A stretch of DNA of 63,696 nucleotides, filler included, from Ministeria vibrans ATCC 50519 (GCA_943704425.1; 11 parts of 11 records of this genome joined end to end with filler, not necessarily neighbours in it), one strand, 5' to 3'. Positions 13,278 through 27,487 are shown, counted from the whole stretch's first letter. Numbers and translations are program-made. Notes: generated from the letters alone by a model not told the origin.

Positions 13278-14346
13278 TAATAATAATAATAATTAATTTT
13301 ATTATTATTATATTAATTTTCAATTTATACGCTTATTCATGCACATACCTTGCTCACGTCCCAATCATTAAGATTTCCCAACTCCCCCAACCCCGATCCC
13401 CGAAAGGCGCGTGCCATGTTCGTTGTGCCTGTCAAATTAGGAGTGTCTGTTGCCAGTATCTCCAAGTTGGCTGCACCCCAAAAGTACCCGCCACTGTTGC
13501 CGAGAGAGAGTGAGCCCCACTGCAGCACTGAGCTCAATTTCAGGTTGTCTCCTCCAGCGTTGAAGCCCCACCCCTTGATTGTGCCTTCGATAACTACCAT
13601 GTAGACCCCACTCTGAGCATAAGTATGCGCCACTTGGGTGTCATTGAAGGTAGTGATGTGGTCCTGCGTGCCGTCGCCCCACCAAACTGTGAAATTGTAC
13701 GTGCCAGTCGACTCAAGTGGCAATTGAATCTGACTAGTGTTGCTCGAGCCAGTCGAAACTTTGGTCGTATCCCACGTCGTGTTGAATAACGCTGCCCGTC
13801 GAGCAGAAATAATGGTCGCGTTTGACACCCCGGACTGGCATGAGCAGGCAGCAAGTTCCGCGCGCAGAGTGGCAACATCATCGACCAGTGAGTCCAACTG
13901 AAAGAGGGAGAATTGTTCTCACCCCAAACTGCATGGTAGATAGTAGCGTACCTTTACAAGAGCTGACAACGCTTGCCTTAGTTCACTTTCGCTGATAGAA
14001 ACGTTGCCGATTCGAAGATGCGAACTCGAGAGACTCGATGATGCGCTCAGTGAGGCGCTCGTGGCGTCTGGCGGGGAAACCGTAAGCTCAGTAGCACGTA
14101 CAAAAATAGAATCATTGACGCCTCGTCCAACACCCACAGCCCCTGGCGTGATAGTTGACGCGGCTGCGTTTACGCTGGGGCCTTCACAGAGAATCAGAAG
14201 AAATGGGACTGCAATCAAAATGATTTGTCGGAGGTTCGCCGCTAAATGTAAAAAGGACACTGGTCGGAAATTAAGTCAATATCCTCAGTAAGCGAGCAAT
14301 TCAATATTGACTTACTGGCTTTGCGAGGGACAAGATGGCGAAACAT
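12926..14346 (-). CDS. DUF285 (BspA-like) surface protein, 5' part: signal peptide, PKD-like domain, first repeats
   Basis: Hydrophobic leader IILIAVPFLLIL, then FNTTWDT...YNFTVWWGDG...HTYAQSGVY...QWG...FWGAANL. A 75-nt repeat exon lies at 13058-13132; the next repeat exon is broken after 66 nt (12926-12991). Confidence 0.85.
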
Positions 14347-15430
14347 ACACGGGGAACACGAAGTAGGGAGTAATTCTAAGAGAGAATTAAAAAGAGTCAA
14401 CAAAAACGCAAAACGACCACAAACGACAAACGATTCGCAGATGAGCCAAGTAGCCAACACAGAGTGTACAGAATTTTTAACAGTAGCGAGAGGAATTGGA
14501 AACAAGAAGACATTTCCCAATATTGTGATTATATTGTGACTGTTGCTCAATTGATATCAAAGTCGCATCTGACCCACAAGTAAAACGAGGATGTTTTTCA
14601 CACGAAATGATCACTCTCAGCCAGCACCCAGTAGTAATACTAAATACATGCATAAAGTCGTGTGCGCGACCTGATTTGTGGCGTTTGAAGCGCTCATATA
14701 TTTTGACGTTAATCATACACCATCCATATATACCAAAGGCAGAAAAAGAACACACAACTTCACCACAACTTCCGGGCGTCTCCGGCGCGTCGACGGAGGA
14801 GAATTGACAAGATCCTAAACTGCGCTAGGAATCTTGTGACTTGTATGAGACAGAGCAGGTGATAGCACGCTAAGGAGTAGCAGAGACCGTTCACACAAAT
14901 AATCGAGAATGCAAGTCAATTCCCCGCTCTCAGCCATCAATACCGCCGTTTGCATCAGTAGTACCACACCATTCAGGCATTCACATGCTACTTAATACAC
15001 CGTTTGCGCAACACAGTGTGTCGGCAGGTGGTGGTATGCGCTGGGAATATATTCTGCCGTCGACGCGCAAAATCACACACAAAACACAACTGTCATCCTA
15101 ACACATGGCTTTGCAACCCCTGCACCCAAGTCACCCATGGGTCATGGCGAAAAAGCAAGGGGACTTACTTGGAAGTTGTGAAAACGAGTGAATAAGGAAG
15201 AAATAACAAACAATCACTTCTATTACAGGCAGGAGCATCGATTGGAAGCGGAGGCAGGCTGGCTAATGTTCGGCTGATGGCCAGACAAGTGATGCGATAG
15301 GCGTTAGATACACCATATCCTGGGAGGGACATAAGCTCTGCACAAAGGCTGGCACTGGGTCAGGAGAGCAAGCGCTGCCACCGTCGGGGGGGGGGGGGGG
15401 GGGTTTAAAGTTTTCTTCATTTTTTTTTAC

Positions 15431-18400
15431 CTCTGTGTCATCGGAAAGCCCTTTGAGAGTGAGCAACGTATCGCGAAGGCCCCGCGCGTACTCTACGTCG
15501 TCGACACACACAGTGTAACTGAGACTTGTGTCGGTGTCGTTCACACAGGTCGGAGGTGTCCAGTGGACACGCACACAGCCCGTAGGCATGTCGTCGTTGG
15601 GTGCGGTGGCAATCAACTGCGTGCATGGGGAGGAAACTCTCTTGGCGGTCGAGACGATGGCTGTCACGGCGGCCTCCTTGTTGTTCGCCACCAAAACGAC
15701 GAGAGAGTACCGATGGAAAGGAACAAGACTCAACCCACCTTCAGCAGTTGGGAGTTGCGCCACAACCAACTGGCGCGTCCGCACATCTTGCCCAATCTGC
15801 TCACCACTGTCGCAATCAAATAGACTCACACAGTACTCCAGCACATCGTCTCCACCCTGGTACTCAATCGGTGGCTCCCACGCAATCTGCAGCAAAGCAT
15901 CGGCCGTCGGGAAGAACGTCAAAGACTGGGGTGCAGTGGGCAGCTCAGTGGGCGTCTCGGCCGGATGATCGCCTGGCGATGCAGCCTCGGGACTGTCAAG
16001 TGCATCATGGTTCCGCGCCACAACGGACGCCGTGTAGAGGCGACGTGAACGCGCAGGCATACTGAAGAAAGGTCGTGCGCCTGAAATGACCATCTCATGC
16101 ACAACACAGTCACGAGCATCGCGTTTGGACGTCTCCATCACGCGCACCACATAAGCATCAACATGACCATTGGCAATTAGTGGAGGCTATAGCAATAAAA
16201 ATGAGAATATAAATAAATTTATTAATCATGATGACATAATATTATTGTTATTAAATTATTATTAATAATAATTATTTGTTTTTCTCTTTTCGATTTACCT
16301 GCCACTGCACTTCCAGCGTCATGCGCTGGGACTGTTCGTCGCCAACGTGGACCGTCACGGTGACATCACGTGGAGCAGATGGACCTACATTGCAAAAAAC
16401 AAAACAAAAAAACAAAACAATAAATTTTATTAGTTGTACGACAGGGGGTTCGGCGCACTTACACCAGGCAGGCATTCGCACTGTCACTGGAGGACCCGTG
16501 AGACAGTTTCCAGTTTGCAGAGTCAAACTGAGCGTGTATGTGTACTCGGTAAGCGGTTTCACATCGCGATCGGCCAGAACCACAATTTTCCCGTCGTTCA
16601 ACAGCTCTCCACGTCTCTCCTGCGGTATATCCAGCTTCCGGCTGTCCGAGCAGATAATTTGTAGGGAAGTCTCGCGCTGTGACAGCAGTGAACGAAACAG
16701 TTCAGATTGTCTCCAAGTGAGCATGGCCGCATACGGAAACAAGTAGCCCCCATGCCCATCGTGCTCTCGAGGCACGGGAATCGCGTCGCACATGGCCTCC
16801 GCCTCAATCTAGCAAAAATGTAATAATTAAAAGTGATGAGCTAAACAGCTGATTTTTCCCCCCTTACCGCCAACTGCTCTGGTCCGTCCTTTTGAATCCA
16901 CTCTGGGTTGCCCATTTGCGATACTTCAAGCATAAGAACCTTGGCAATGCGCTCCATCTCATCCGTACCCCTGCCGTCGACGAGAACCATTCGCACCGAG
17001 GACCACGGCACACCCAACGAGAGCAATTGACGCTCCAGTGTCACGCAGAATTCAGGTAAAGCAAGAAATCGTTCGCGCATCAGACGCGACAGCGCCTGGG
17101 GCTCAAACGGCACCGCAACCATCAAGGGACGTTCACCAACACCATAGCGCAGTGCAACTGCCTCCAATGACTCGCCCAGATAACGGAATGGAACCACAAG
17201 AGGCGCCGCAAGTTGTGGAAGCGCGCCCCCCTCAAAAATCTCCTTCTCCATTCCAAGTCGAACTCGTTCAATGGTGGAACCAAGCGCACGGCCAACCGTC
17301 ACAACCCCGTCTGCACGCGCTTGGTCAAGCGGCACAGCCTTGCGCACAAGCTCACAATGACCGTCGCGACCATGCAAGTCGCGGATGAGTCGCGACAGAC
17401 TGATGCGCGATGTGCGCGACGGACCATCATGATTGTTGTCGTCACCCGCTTCGCCTTCAAATCGACACATCGCTCTCGATGTGAACACACAAAAGCGGCG
17501 GCGTGCACACGCACATGCCACGCGTAGACGCACATCGGCCACCGCGGCGCGACCCAGTCCAGTAACGCGCGACTTGCTTCCATCAAAGACACACGAGAGA
17601 AACACACTGTCCGCTTCAAGTCCCTCGCACCCGACAACGCTACTCACACGCACACGCTGTGCGAGTGACGGCATATGCTGGTGTCGCGCTCTCAGCAACT
17701 GACGTAAGTACCGCTCTTGCCCGCGCGTCACAGCTAAAACGAGGCACGTCTCGGACGTCCCGACGACTTCCTTCACAATGGCCTCGGCCTCGACTACATT
17801 CACCATGCCACCCTTGTGCTCGCTCGCTCGACTGCCCTCGATTTGAAATACACCACTGGGTACAATACTGTCGGGCACGGTCGGGGTGGGCACGTTCGGC
17901 GAGAATGGCAGACGTGGCACGCCCTCAAAGCCAGCCACGTTGCAGCGATACGCACCCAACAGGCGCACTTGACTGACCGCATCCACAGCATGCCCTGCAG
18001 CCGTATGTGTGCGAACCATGTCGGGCGACTCGTGCGTCCACCACTGGTCACGTGGCAGTCGCAGAGGTGGCATGCCCTTGGGATTTACTGTCATTACGAC
18101 CACAGCTTCGGCATGGGCGCGCGCAATTGACGAGGCAATCTCACAGGGCATCAGCTGATTCGCTCCGTCGACAAAAATACGCTCAAATTCAAAGTCGGTT
18201 GTGAGCAACGATGCCACCGTCGCTGGCGTGGCCACAAGCACGGGACAGAGTGACTGCACAAGTCGAGCCACGCTCGGACCATCACTGTCCGTCAGAATGC
18301 GCTGCAGGCCCCCGCCCTGGCGCAGCGCATCCACCGCCGTACTGCTCCACTCGGATGACCGTTCGTCGGGGGACACACCACGAGAAAGCAGTCGTTGCAC

Positions 18401-21400
18401 AAGGGCTGCACGCACCACGTCGCCATCAAGCTCACAAAGACGCACTTCCAATTGCTTCACTTGTGCCACCACCGAAAAGAAATCGGCCGCCTGGGTGATT
18501 CCACGGGGGTCATTCAGTCGATTGAGGCGCTCCACCAGTGTTTGTCGGTCGCGCCGGCGTGCGTCCACGTCTCCCACAATATCACACGCATCCTGCGGGT
18601 ACTTTTCCAGAGCAAGACTCATCTGTCGTCGAAGTGCAAGTGATGCTTGCGTTTCGTTTGTCAAGTCAAGCGCAAACGACCCCGGCAGTCCAAAGAGCTT
18701 GGCAAGGCGCGAGACAAACGCCGCAGCACTCGCCATAGTCGGTGTCAACACAAGCACGCGTTGCTGAGCGGCCACTGCATTTGCTGCCGCACACAACAGC
18801 GTCTCGGTCTTACCACTGCCCGAACTACCAACCAGACGCAAAATTGCGGGCCCACCACCACCACCACCACCACCACCAACACAGCTTGCATACACGGCGG
18901 TGAGTTGCTCAGTGTCAATCGAAACAGGCCGAAAAATGTCACGCAGGCGTTGTGCGACGGGAACAGGGTGCAGGGGCAGCACAGGTTGAGGTGCCGCACC
19001 GCTAGCAGGTGTGACATGTTCCAAAAACACATCAATGGGAGAGGCAGGTGCTGCACGACTGAAAGCGCGTTGCAAATCGGCAAGCATGAGCAACGATGGG
19101 TCGGTGATGGTCGCGGTGGTGGTGGCGGACCGCTTGAGGGTCACTGTCAGATCGGACGAGAGGCCGGCCAGAGCGCAACGAGCGCGCAAGACACGAACGG
19201 CGTTCACAATGGAAAGCGCCTCGACAAATAAGGGCGCCACCGAGTCGCTTGTCAGCAGCGGTGACATGACCAGCGGTGCGCCCGTGGCCTCCATGCGAAC
19301 CAAGCGCCGTGTCAAAGTGAAATCATCCGAAGCGTCAACCACCGAAAGGCGGACGGGCAGACGGAAGAGAGGCTCCGAGTGCGCCATGGCAACGCTCGTC
19401 GAGACGCGGCCAAACTCTAGGATGTACTGTGACGCACGACCACTCACAACAACGCTATCGAGCAAAGCTGCGTAAGCGGCGACGCTCGTGCCATTGTGAC
19501 ACAAGAGACGCACTTGATCCTTGTCAGACCTAAACGCAAGCCACAGACGCAAGGCATTGTCGGCGGGGTGATTCACGGGTAAAGAGGCTGCGGTGGGAAC
19601 CGTCGGCGCGATTGGTCCCATCAGGTCGATGCGACGTTGAGTCGTTGGACAACAGAGCAGCTGTAAAAGCGCACAGAAAAAAGACTCACTGGGCACGTCA
19701 ATGGCAACCGATCGTGATCCATCCGCGCGTGCTAGTGGTGGTGTACCAACATCGTCACCTGGTCGAAGGGGAGGTGGCTGACGACGGACACGACCAGGTG
19801 TGACCGGCACAGGTGCGCCGTCAGCGTCATCATCACTCTCCATCCCCAGACGACCCTCTCGCTCTTCCCGCTCCGCTTCCATCTCTTCCTCCTCCTCATC
19901 ATCCGTCACGTCCATGAGCAAATCATCTTCATCATCATCATCATCGTCATCATCGTAGTCGTCCGAATTCACAATGAAACTTTGCATAGACGCGTCGTCC
20001 TCGTCTTCTTCGCTTGTGTCATCGTGATGCTGGGTGGTACGAACGACAATGCGCGTTGCACGAGGTACCGTCTCGTGGTTTTCGTCGTCGCTCTCGATCA
20101 CATCCAAGTCACCCTCATCTCCATGGTCGTTTTCCTGCTGTTGTGCCACAAGCCACGAGGGTCTCATAAGAATGGGGAACGCTTGATTGCACAAGTGTTC
20201 AGTGTCGTGCTCGGTGATGGTTCGGGCATTTGACAGTCGCTCAATAATGGACCGTTTCGTGCGATCGTCTCGCCAACGAGAGAGGGCAAGAAGAGGACGC
20301 ACAAGCGCCACTGAAGCGTGGACCATACGTTCAATATGGCTCAGATGCGACGAGTCTAGCGGAGCGTCAAGCATCAGATGATCGCACATGTCATGGAGAA
20401 GTCCCGCGTGGGAGAGCGCAATCAAGGTACTCGCGGAAGAAGTGTGGTAGAGGTGCGCGGTGAGCAAATCAAACACCAAAAACTCCTCGTTCTGGTTTTC
20501 CAACGCTGGTCGAGATTGAGGGGAGGGCGTACCGTCGCTCGTGTACTGGGCATGCCAAGTGAGTTGATGGTCGAGTGCAGCAAGATCAACGCAAGTCGCA
20601 CGGAAAGGACCATGCTGAAAAGGGCGCCAGTGGGAGTGGTGCCAAGTGGCAAGAGCAGACCAACCGGCATGCAGCGAAAGCACAAAGACAGGAAGCCCAT
20701 CGCTTTGAGAAAGTTCGCGGAAGAGACGCTGCGCATGTTGAAGAGAGGGTGACACCGGTGATTTGCACATCGGTACACCATCAGCAACGGTCGCTGGCGC
20801 AGCACGTGACATGTCCTCCGGCCAGATAGAGCATAGAAGCTGTCGTTCGACAAGGCGCATGTTTTGCTCGGGCGCAGACAAGCTGAGAGCAAGGCATGGG
20901 GTGACCGAGGCTAAGCAGACACGACCCGTGCGAGTCGTTGCAGTGTGCTCAGCGGTACTAGATGGGATTTCGGCACGAGGAAGTATGCGTACGAGGAAGA
21001 CGACCGCAAGAAAAGTGGCGCAGGAAGCCTCCTCACGACGCGGTGAAGGGACCGCTGAAGCATAGCGCTCAATGGGAATGGCGACCGTGGCGTCCACCTC
21101 GACCACTGTCCTGGAGTGTGCAGAGACAGTCACAGTACAACGGCTGCCGTTTTCACTGGTCGTGTCACAGTTGTGCATAGGAAGGGCCTCTTCAATGTTG
21201 ACGGTTGCATCTTGCGAACACACCTCCAGTTCGCATTTCGTTGCACATTGTGTGGCAGAGTCGTGTGGCAAAGCGAACCAACGCATCGCAGCTGTGACTT
21301 GCACCAACGCATCTTGGTCCGTACGAATGGAAAAGGATCGGCGGAAGGATGTGGGATAGGCCAAAACCTAAAAAATTGGGTATGATTATTATTCGAGGGG

Positions 21401-22092
21401 AGTGCAAAAGCGAACATGGAAGCTTAGCGAACCTTATGAATGTCACCTGTGTGTTGGTCAACACTGGCGCTCACAGTCATGCGATCGTCTTCCACACTGC
21501 CATAGTCTATGGACAGGTCTACACGTCGATAGAGGAAGCTGGTGGAGTTTGTACGGGCAAGGACGGCCAGATATCGACCAGCGTCCATCGCCGAGAACTG
21601 TCCTTGCAAAAAAGACGGCTGCAGCGAGCGCGAGAGGCTGCCGTCGGCCAGTTGGTGTCGCAGGAGAACAAGTTGGTCCTGTTCCTGCTCGCACCACCAC
21701 GGCTGCGAGAGAGGGGCGCCCAGCGCAAGCGAAAACGACGATGCAATGAATTGAAGCGATGCGAGCCGTCGACCGGCACTGTAGCATTGGTAGTCGCCAC
21801 ACGCAAGCTCGTCAACAGCAATCTTGCAAGAACAAGGGCTCTGGATGACGACGGTGCAGTCGAGGGGAGCCCAGTTGCGCTGCGGAGGGCGAAACTCGAG
21901 TCGCAAATCGCGAGGCGCCTCATCACCACCCGCCCATGTCAGCAGAAGGTGCGCCAATTCGCCAAAGGGCACCAAATCGTTTGTCGTTGACGTCGCCGTG
22001 TCGTCATCGCCGCTCGCCAGGGTTAAGGTGAACTAATGGAAAACGAGAAACGATCAGCGGAAAATCTTTTGTCTTTTCGTGCGTACCGTCAT
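15431..22092 (-). CDS. DUF4011-like + degenerate SF1 (UPF1-like) helicase + fibronectin-III repeats; probable 5' half of a larger gene
   Basis: Walker A GSSGSGKTET is present; other motifs are degenerate (FVDGANQ, LLGAYRC, CEGLEAD, RLRVACACAR). DUF4011-like SQYILEFG...PLFRLPVRL. A phase-0 splice 16868/16808 leads into FN3 exons (PSAPRDV, IAWEPP, VHWTPP). The last exon ends mid-FN3 at a GT donor (15430). Confidence 0.75.
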
Positions 22093-23954
22093 TCGGGACA
22101 CACGGAAGACACACGCAGCCGACGCAAGAGATAGATAGAAATAAAGAGGAGCAAGACAAAGGTCAAAGAAGAATGAATAATATTTAGGAATGAAAAGACT
22201 AAAAAAGTTTACTCAAGCAAGGGAAATAAAAATAATACAATGAAGAGTAATACAAATGCTTCTGCCACGGGACACTAGAATCTAGGTAGTACCCCCAAGA
22301 TGGAGCACCCATAGAACAATAAAATATTATAATCTTTTCTCTTAAGTAGGGAGCGCTTCATGTCTCATATAGTCTCAATTAATATCAATACATAGTGTAA
22401 GTCACGTGGAACGATCCATTGCACGGCATCTTCTTTCTAAAATCTGACGTGAGAAGGGCCGGAAAAGGTTGTCTCACAAGTCACACTTTCACATTCTGTC
22501 GAATTTCTGTCACTATTTCTGTAAGGGACTGTTGTAAGCTTTAGCTCACTCCTGACTACCTGTATACCCGAGTAACCCAACTACCCTGTCTACCTCCTTG
22601 CAACCTACCCCTGCATCAAAGTCGATCAGAAAAAAACCACAGCAAAAAAGATGTGAAAAAAAGTTGAGAAAAAGCGACATAATAAAAATCGAGTGAAAAT
22701 TTCGTTGAAAATTCCGAAGAAAAAAAAATTGTTCGTTCGACTGCTCGTTTTGACCGGCTCTACAGCACAACAGAACAGCTGTGCTGCCTGATACCTCGTA
22801 GGCCCACGCCTCTTTAGCACCGTCACATTGTTTGAAACGCTGACAAAAAAAAAAAAAAAAAGAAAAAAAAGAACAACGACAAAAAAAAAAGAGCGACAAC
22901 TACAAAAGTTGAATTGACTACTGAACTGATCGCATTATTCGCATGTGCCTCACAGCTCAGTCTTTTCTTTCGCCTTCTACCTAGACTCCTGTTCAAGCAG
23001 ATCCTCGTACGTCAACACACTCCGTACCATCGCTCTATCGCTCTGCACTCTCTCCTTTTTTTTCTCTCCTTTTGTTGTTCTTTTTTTTTTTTTTTTTTTT
23101 TTTTTTNNNNNNNNNNNNNNNNNNNNNNNNNNNNNNNNNNNNNNNNNNNNNNNNNNNNNNNNNNNNNNNNNNNNNNNNNNNNNNNNNNNNNNNNNNNNNN
23201 NNNNNNNNNNNNNNNNNNNNNNNNNNNNNNNNNNNNNNNNNNNNNNNNNNNNNNNNNNNNNNNNNNNNNNNNNNNNNNNNNNNNNNNNNTTTTTTTTTTT
23301 TTTTTTTTTTGCATTGCACTGCATTGCATTCCTCTGTCGGCCCCAGCCTCTTCATTGTGCTCCACTCAATGCAGTGCATTCATGACTCTTCCTCACCCCT
23401 CTTTCGAGGATCGTAGACTCACAAATGTCGTTGTTGATTTTTGGGAATTTTTTTTCGTGTCTCTTCTTTTGGAATTCTTTTCTGTTCTGCTGTTGCAATG
23501 GCCCAGCCGCTACGCCCAGTGTTTGCCTATGTCATGTTCAATACGGCTGCAGCGGTTGTCTACTCTTCCAGATCGCCGTAGAAGATTTCGATTTTTTCAT
23601 TGTTTTCGTTTTTTCTCTTTTTTTTGTCACTTTTCACAATCTCTCATTTCTGTCTGTTTCTCCATTTTTGACGCCTTTTACTACCAACAACCAGCCTCAG
23701 CTGATGTTTGCTATGCATTTTGCGTTAAATACGACTTCTGCTCTGCAATTTCGTACATTCTCATTTTTTTGTTCTTTTTTTGTCAAACTTTTTTTTCACG
23801 GCGATTCTCTCACAACCCACTTTAAGTGCTTTTTTTATTCCTTTCACATCAATATTTGACCTAAACTGCTGTTTGGCACGCTTTCCCTTCAAAACAATCA
23901 TTGCTCTGCAAATTGGTGAAAACTGTTTTTGTTTTTTTTTAGATTGCCGCAAAT

Positions 23955-24261
23955 ATGATCTCTGCTCGCAAGATTGCCCTTCTCCTTGTGGCAGTTGCCG
24001 CTCTCTCTAGTGCTGTGGCAGCGACCGCTCAAGGATTTGATGAGAAATCTTCAGAAAACTCCATGTCAAACTTGTCCTCCGACGACAACACTGACTCTGA
24101 CCATACTCTGGAATCGACCGGAGATAGCTCTTCGAGCGCCCGCCAAAAGCGTGGCGTCGAAGAGCTTGATGTTGATACCATCGCCTCTCTGCAGGCGTCT
24201 CTTAATGAGATCGCTCTTTCTGGTGATGGTACTGACTCGGCCGAAATTGTAAAGCGTTGGG

Positions 24262-24302
<41 letters not shown>

Positions 24303-24571
24303 CGTCGTCGTCGCCGTCGTCGTCGTCTCATTGTCTGCCCTCCCGGACGCGTAAGGAATATTTCAAACAAAAGTTACCAACTTCATTCACCATTATTAAT
24401 TATTCTAAATTTGTAGTGGCGTAACGGCAACCCGGGCTACTGTGTCACCTGTGGCTCTGGTCGCTACCAGCCCTACTACAACCAGGCCGGCTCTGGTGCG
24501 TGCCGTTGCTGCCCTGCCGGCCGATACCAAGGGTCGTACGGTCAATCTTCGTGCCGTGGCTGCTCGAATGG

Positions 24572-24612
<41 letters not shown>

Positions 24613-24628
24613 TAATAATAACAATAAC

Positions 24629-24671
<43 letters not shown>

Positions 24672-25886
24672 TAATAGGTTACTACCAGAGCTCAACGTGC
24701 CAAGCGTCCTGTCGAGGCTGCGCTGCCGGCAGATACGCTCGTACTTATGCCACTTCGTGTACCTCGTGCAATCCCATCACGTACACTCCTGGTGCGGGTT
24801 ACTCAACCTGCATCGCGTGCTCGACCGGTCGCTACTACAGCAACGCCCCCTACACCTTTGGTCGCACGTCCAACTGTCCCCATACGTGTCCCATCGGCAA
24901 GTACTCGCCGAACAACGCCTGGGTGAATAACGCCTTCTCCGTCCGTACCACCGGCTACAGCTACAACTCGTGGTGGGGTTCCACGTACGTCTACTACTAC
25001 TACCGCACGCTGTACGCCTACGGTGGCCTCAAGGCGTGCCGCTCATGCACCAAGCCTCAGACGACGCTCAGCTCCGGCTCTGGCTCGTGCACCTACTGTC
25101 CCGGCGGCAGGTACTTCTACTACGGCAACACGCCCTCGTCCGGTTGCCGAACCTGCGGCGGCGGATACTACATGCCGTCGAGCTCGTACTACCAGCGTCA
25201 AGCCCGTTACAGCTGCATCGCATGCCCTCGAGGCCGGTACCAGGGAAGCTCGCAACAGACGTCGTGCACATACTGCCCAGCAGGTCGCGCCCAAAACTAC
25301 TACGCTCAGAAAGCCTGCAGCGCCTGTGGTCCAGGTTATTACTCGCCCGGCAACGGCTACGGAACATGTCCTACTTGCCCTGGTGGCCGCGTCTCGCAAA
25401 AGTCGTACTACTCGACCTATTGCTGGACGTGCCCCTCGGGTCGCTACAAGGCTACAACTGCCACCTACCAGTGTACCTACTGCGGCTATGGCAGATACAA
25501 CCCCTACAGCAGTCGCACTTCGTGCTACACCTGCCCCCAAGGCAAGTACTCGGGCCAGCTGGGCCGTACCTCGTGCATCAACTGCCCGGCCGGCCAGTAC
25601 ACGGGCCTTTGGGGCTCCAAGTACTGCGTCACCTGCCCAACCCTTGGAACGTTTTCTTACTCGGGCTACTCCAGCTGCCCTCTGTGCCCCGCCGGCAGAG
25701 TCGGTCGCTCCGACCGCAAGTACTGCGACACTTGTCCCACTGGAAAGACTGCAAACAGTGCGCGCACGTCGTGTGGCGGCTGCCCCGCTGGCCAGTACCT
25801 TTATAGCTCAAGCTGCCGCAACTGCCCTTCGTACACATCGTCGCCTGCCGGCTCCACCTCCTGCACCAACTGTCCCTCGGGCAAGA
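23955..25886 (+). CDS. Secreted Cys/Tyr-rich protein with CxxCPxG (GCC2/GCC3, ephrin-receptor-like) repeats; 3'-partial
   Basis: Signal peptide MISARKIALLLVAVAALSSAVA, acidic pro-region with KR sites, poly-Arg run, then many CxxCPxGxY repeats. Cut by the contig end. Confidence 0.8.
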
Positions 25887-25986
25887 NNNNNNNNNNNNNN
25901 NNNNNNNNNNNNNNNNNNNNNNNNNNNNNNTTAATTAATTAANNNNNNNNNNNNNNNNNNNNNNNNNNNNNNNNNNNNNNNNNNNN
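25887..25986. other. Artificial contig linker N44-TTAATTAATTAA-N44 (also at 36792, 44361, 46154, 47339, 48650, 51203, 52784, 56824, 62493)
   Basis: An identical 100-nt spacer occurs ten times. The core is a palindrome with stops in all six frames, and genes are cut at each copy. Confidence 0.97.
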
Positions 25987-27487
25987 CCAGAGCCCTTCTG
26001 GCGAAACGGCGCACCAAGCGATCCAGGCACTGAAGTGCTTGCACTGTGAAAGGCCTCAAACGACCGTGAAAGTTGAGAAGTGGAGTGATCAGCGAGCGGT
26101 AGCACAGGGTCCATTGTGCCCTTGTCAGCCCCACTCGTTGCATCCGTCCCAGTCGCTCCGTCAGGGTCTTACTGATAGCTTCCAGCTGGTGCTCCGTGCG
26201 CCTGTCCGCAGACAAAGTGTATCCGAGGTGGCGTATTGTGTCTACCCGTGGGACACGCCACGGCCCCAGCAGCCTATGACAGTCCTCGCTTGCCGTCTTG
26301 CTCTTGGGGCCAAAGACCGTGTACGTTGACTTCTTTTCGTTGATTGTCATTCCCGTGTCTTTTGTGAACTGACGGATTACCCCAGCAAGGTAGTTCGCAC
26401 CGTCCGCCGTGGCTGTGACCGTAGTTACATCGTCCGCGTACGAGAGCGCATCTACCCTCGCTCCTGGCGTCACAAGGTCCATTAGCAGCGGACCCTCGCA
26501 CTCGCGGCAGTTCAACTCCTGTATAAGAGGGTCTATCACTGCGGCAAAGACGAGCGGTCCAAGCACACTGCCTTGTCTTACACCTGTTCGGATCAGGAGT
26601 GGTCCCGAGTGGAACGAGGCGCCGGGAAGCCTAACAGTCGCTTCCATTCCCTGGTAGAAGCTTGTCAACAAGCGTGCCCAAGTTGTGGGCAGGCCAAGTC
26701 TCACAAGTGCAGGTTGTATGAGAGCATGTTGTATCTTGTCGAAGCACTTGGCTACGTCATAGCAAACCACATGCGCCTCCGCACCATCGCGGAGCGACTC
26801 AAGGCGAGTGTCAATCTGATCCAGTAACGTGGCCGTGACAGTGGCGACCCCCGCCCCACCTGCACCCGTATACACCCCTTGTAGCGGATGAAGCCTCCTC
26901 ATCACGTGTGGTCCGACTCGTTTTTTGACCAGCTTCTCAAAGATCTTGCACAGCGTGTTCAGCAATGTGATGGATCGTAGATTCGCAAGGTCATTGGGAA
27001 GTGCAGTGTCCGACTTAGGTATAAGCCACAGCACGCCAACCTTGAAACTCCTTGGTACCCTCGACAATGCTAAACAGGCGTTGGCCAGCTCAGCGACCCA
27101 CTGTGCCACTTCCGTGGCAGCCATCGCCCATGCCTCGTAGTGGAGGCCATCTGGACCGGGTGCCTTGTTGGTGGGCGTGTGACGAAGGACTGCGAGTGCC
27201 TCTTCTTCTGAGAAACTGGCATTGGCGCTCCCCGTCTCACCGTCGTCCCTCGCACCGCCGTACCAAGTCGTAAGCTCCTGCGCAGTCAGTTGCCTCTCGT
27301 CGCCATAGAGTCGTTGGAAATGCACTCGAGCTGCCTCCACAGTCGCCCTCTTGCCAACCACGAGTGTCCTCTGGCCACCAGTCACTCCTGGATCGGTGAT
27401 TATAGAGTCCCCCGTGCTCATTCCTGCCGAAGCCCCTCCTTTAACCAGCTTGAAGAATGCCTTCGTGCCCGAGATAGGATTCTCCCA
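25987..27487 (-). mobile_element. Non-LTR retrotransposon (LINE) reverse transcriptase; 5'-truncated, 3' end cut by contig edge
   Basis: KAPGPDG, RSITLLNTLCKIF, YDVAKCFDKIQH, GVRQGSVLGPLVF, LSYADD, GMTINEKKS and RHLG in an intronless open frame. Confidence 0.93.

Noticed and set aside
15263-15430. Read-through C-terminus VKKNEENFKPPPPPP... of the FN3 ORF
   Set aside because: It begins at a GT donor, is A-rich and poly-C, and leaves the FN3 domain incomplete; it is intron sequence.
25931-25942. TTAATTAATTAA palindrome as a biological site (e.g. piggyBac TTAA)
   Set aside because: It is always centred between two 44-N runs, so it is a synthetic linker.
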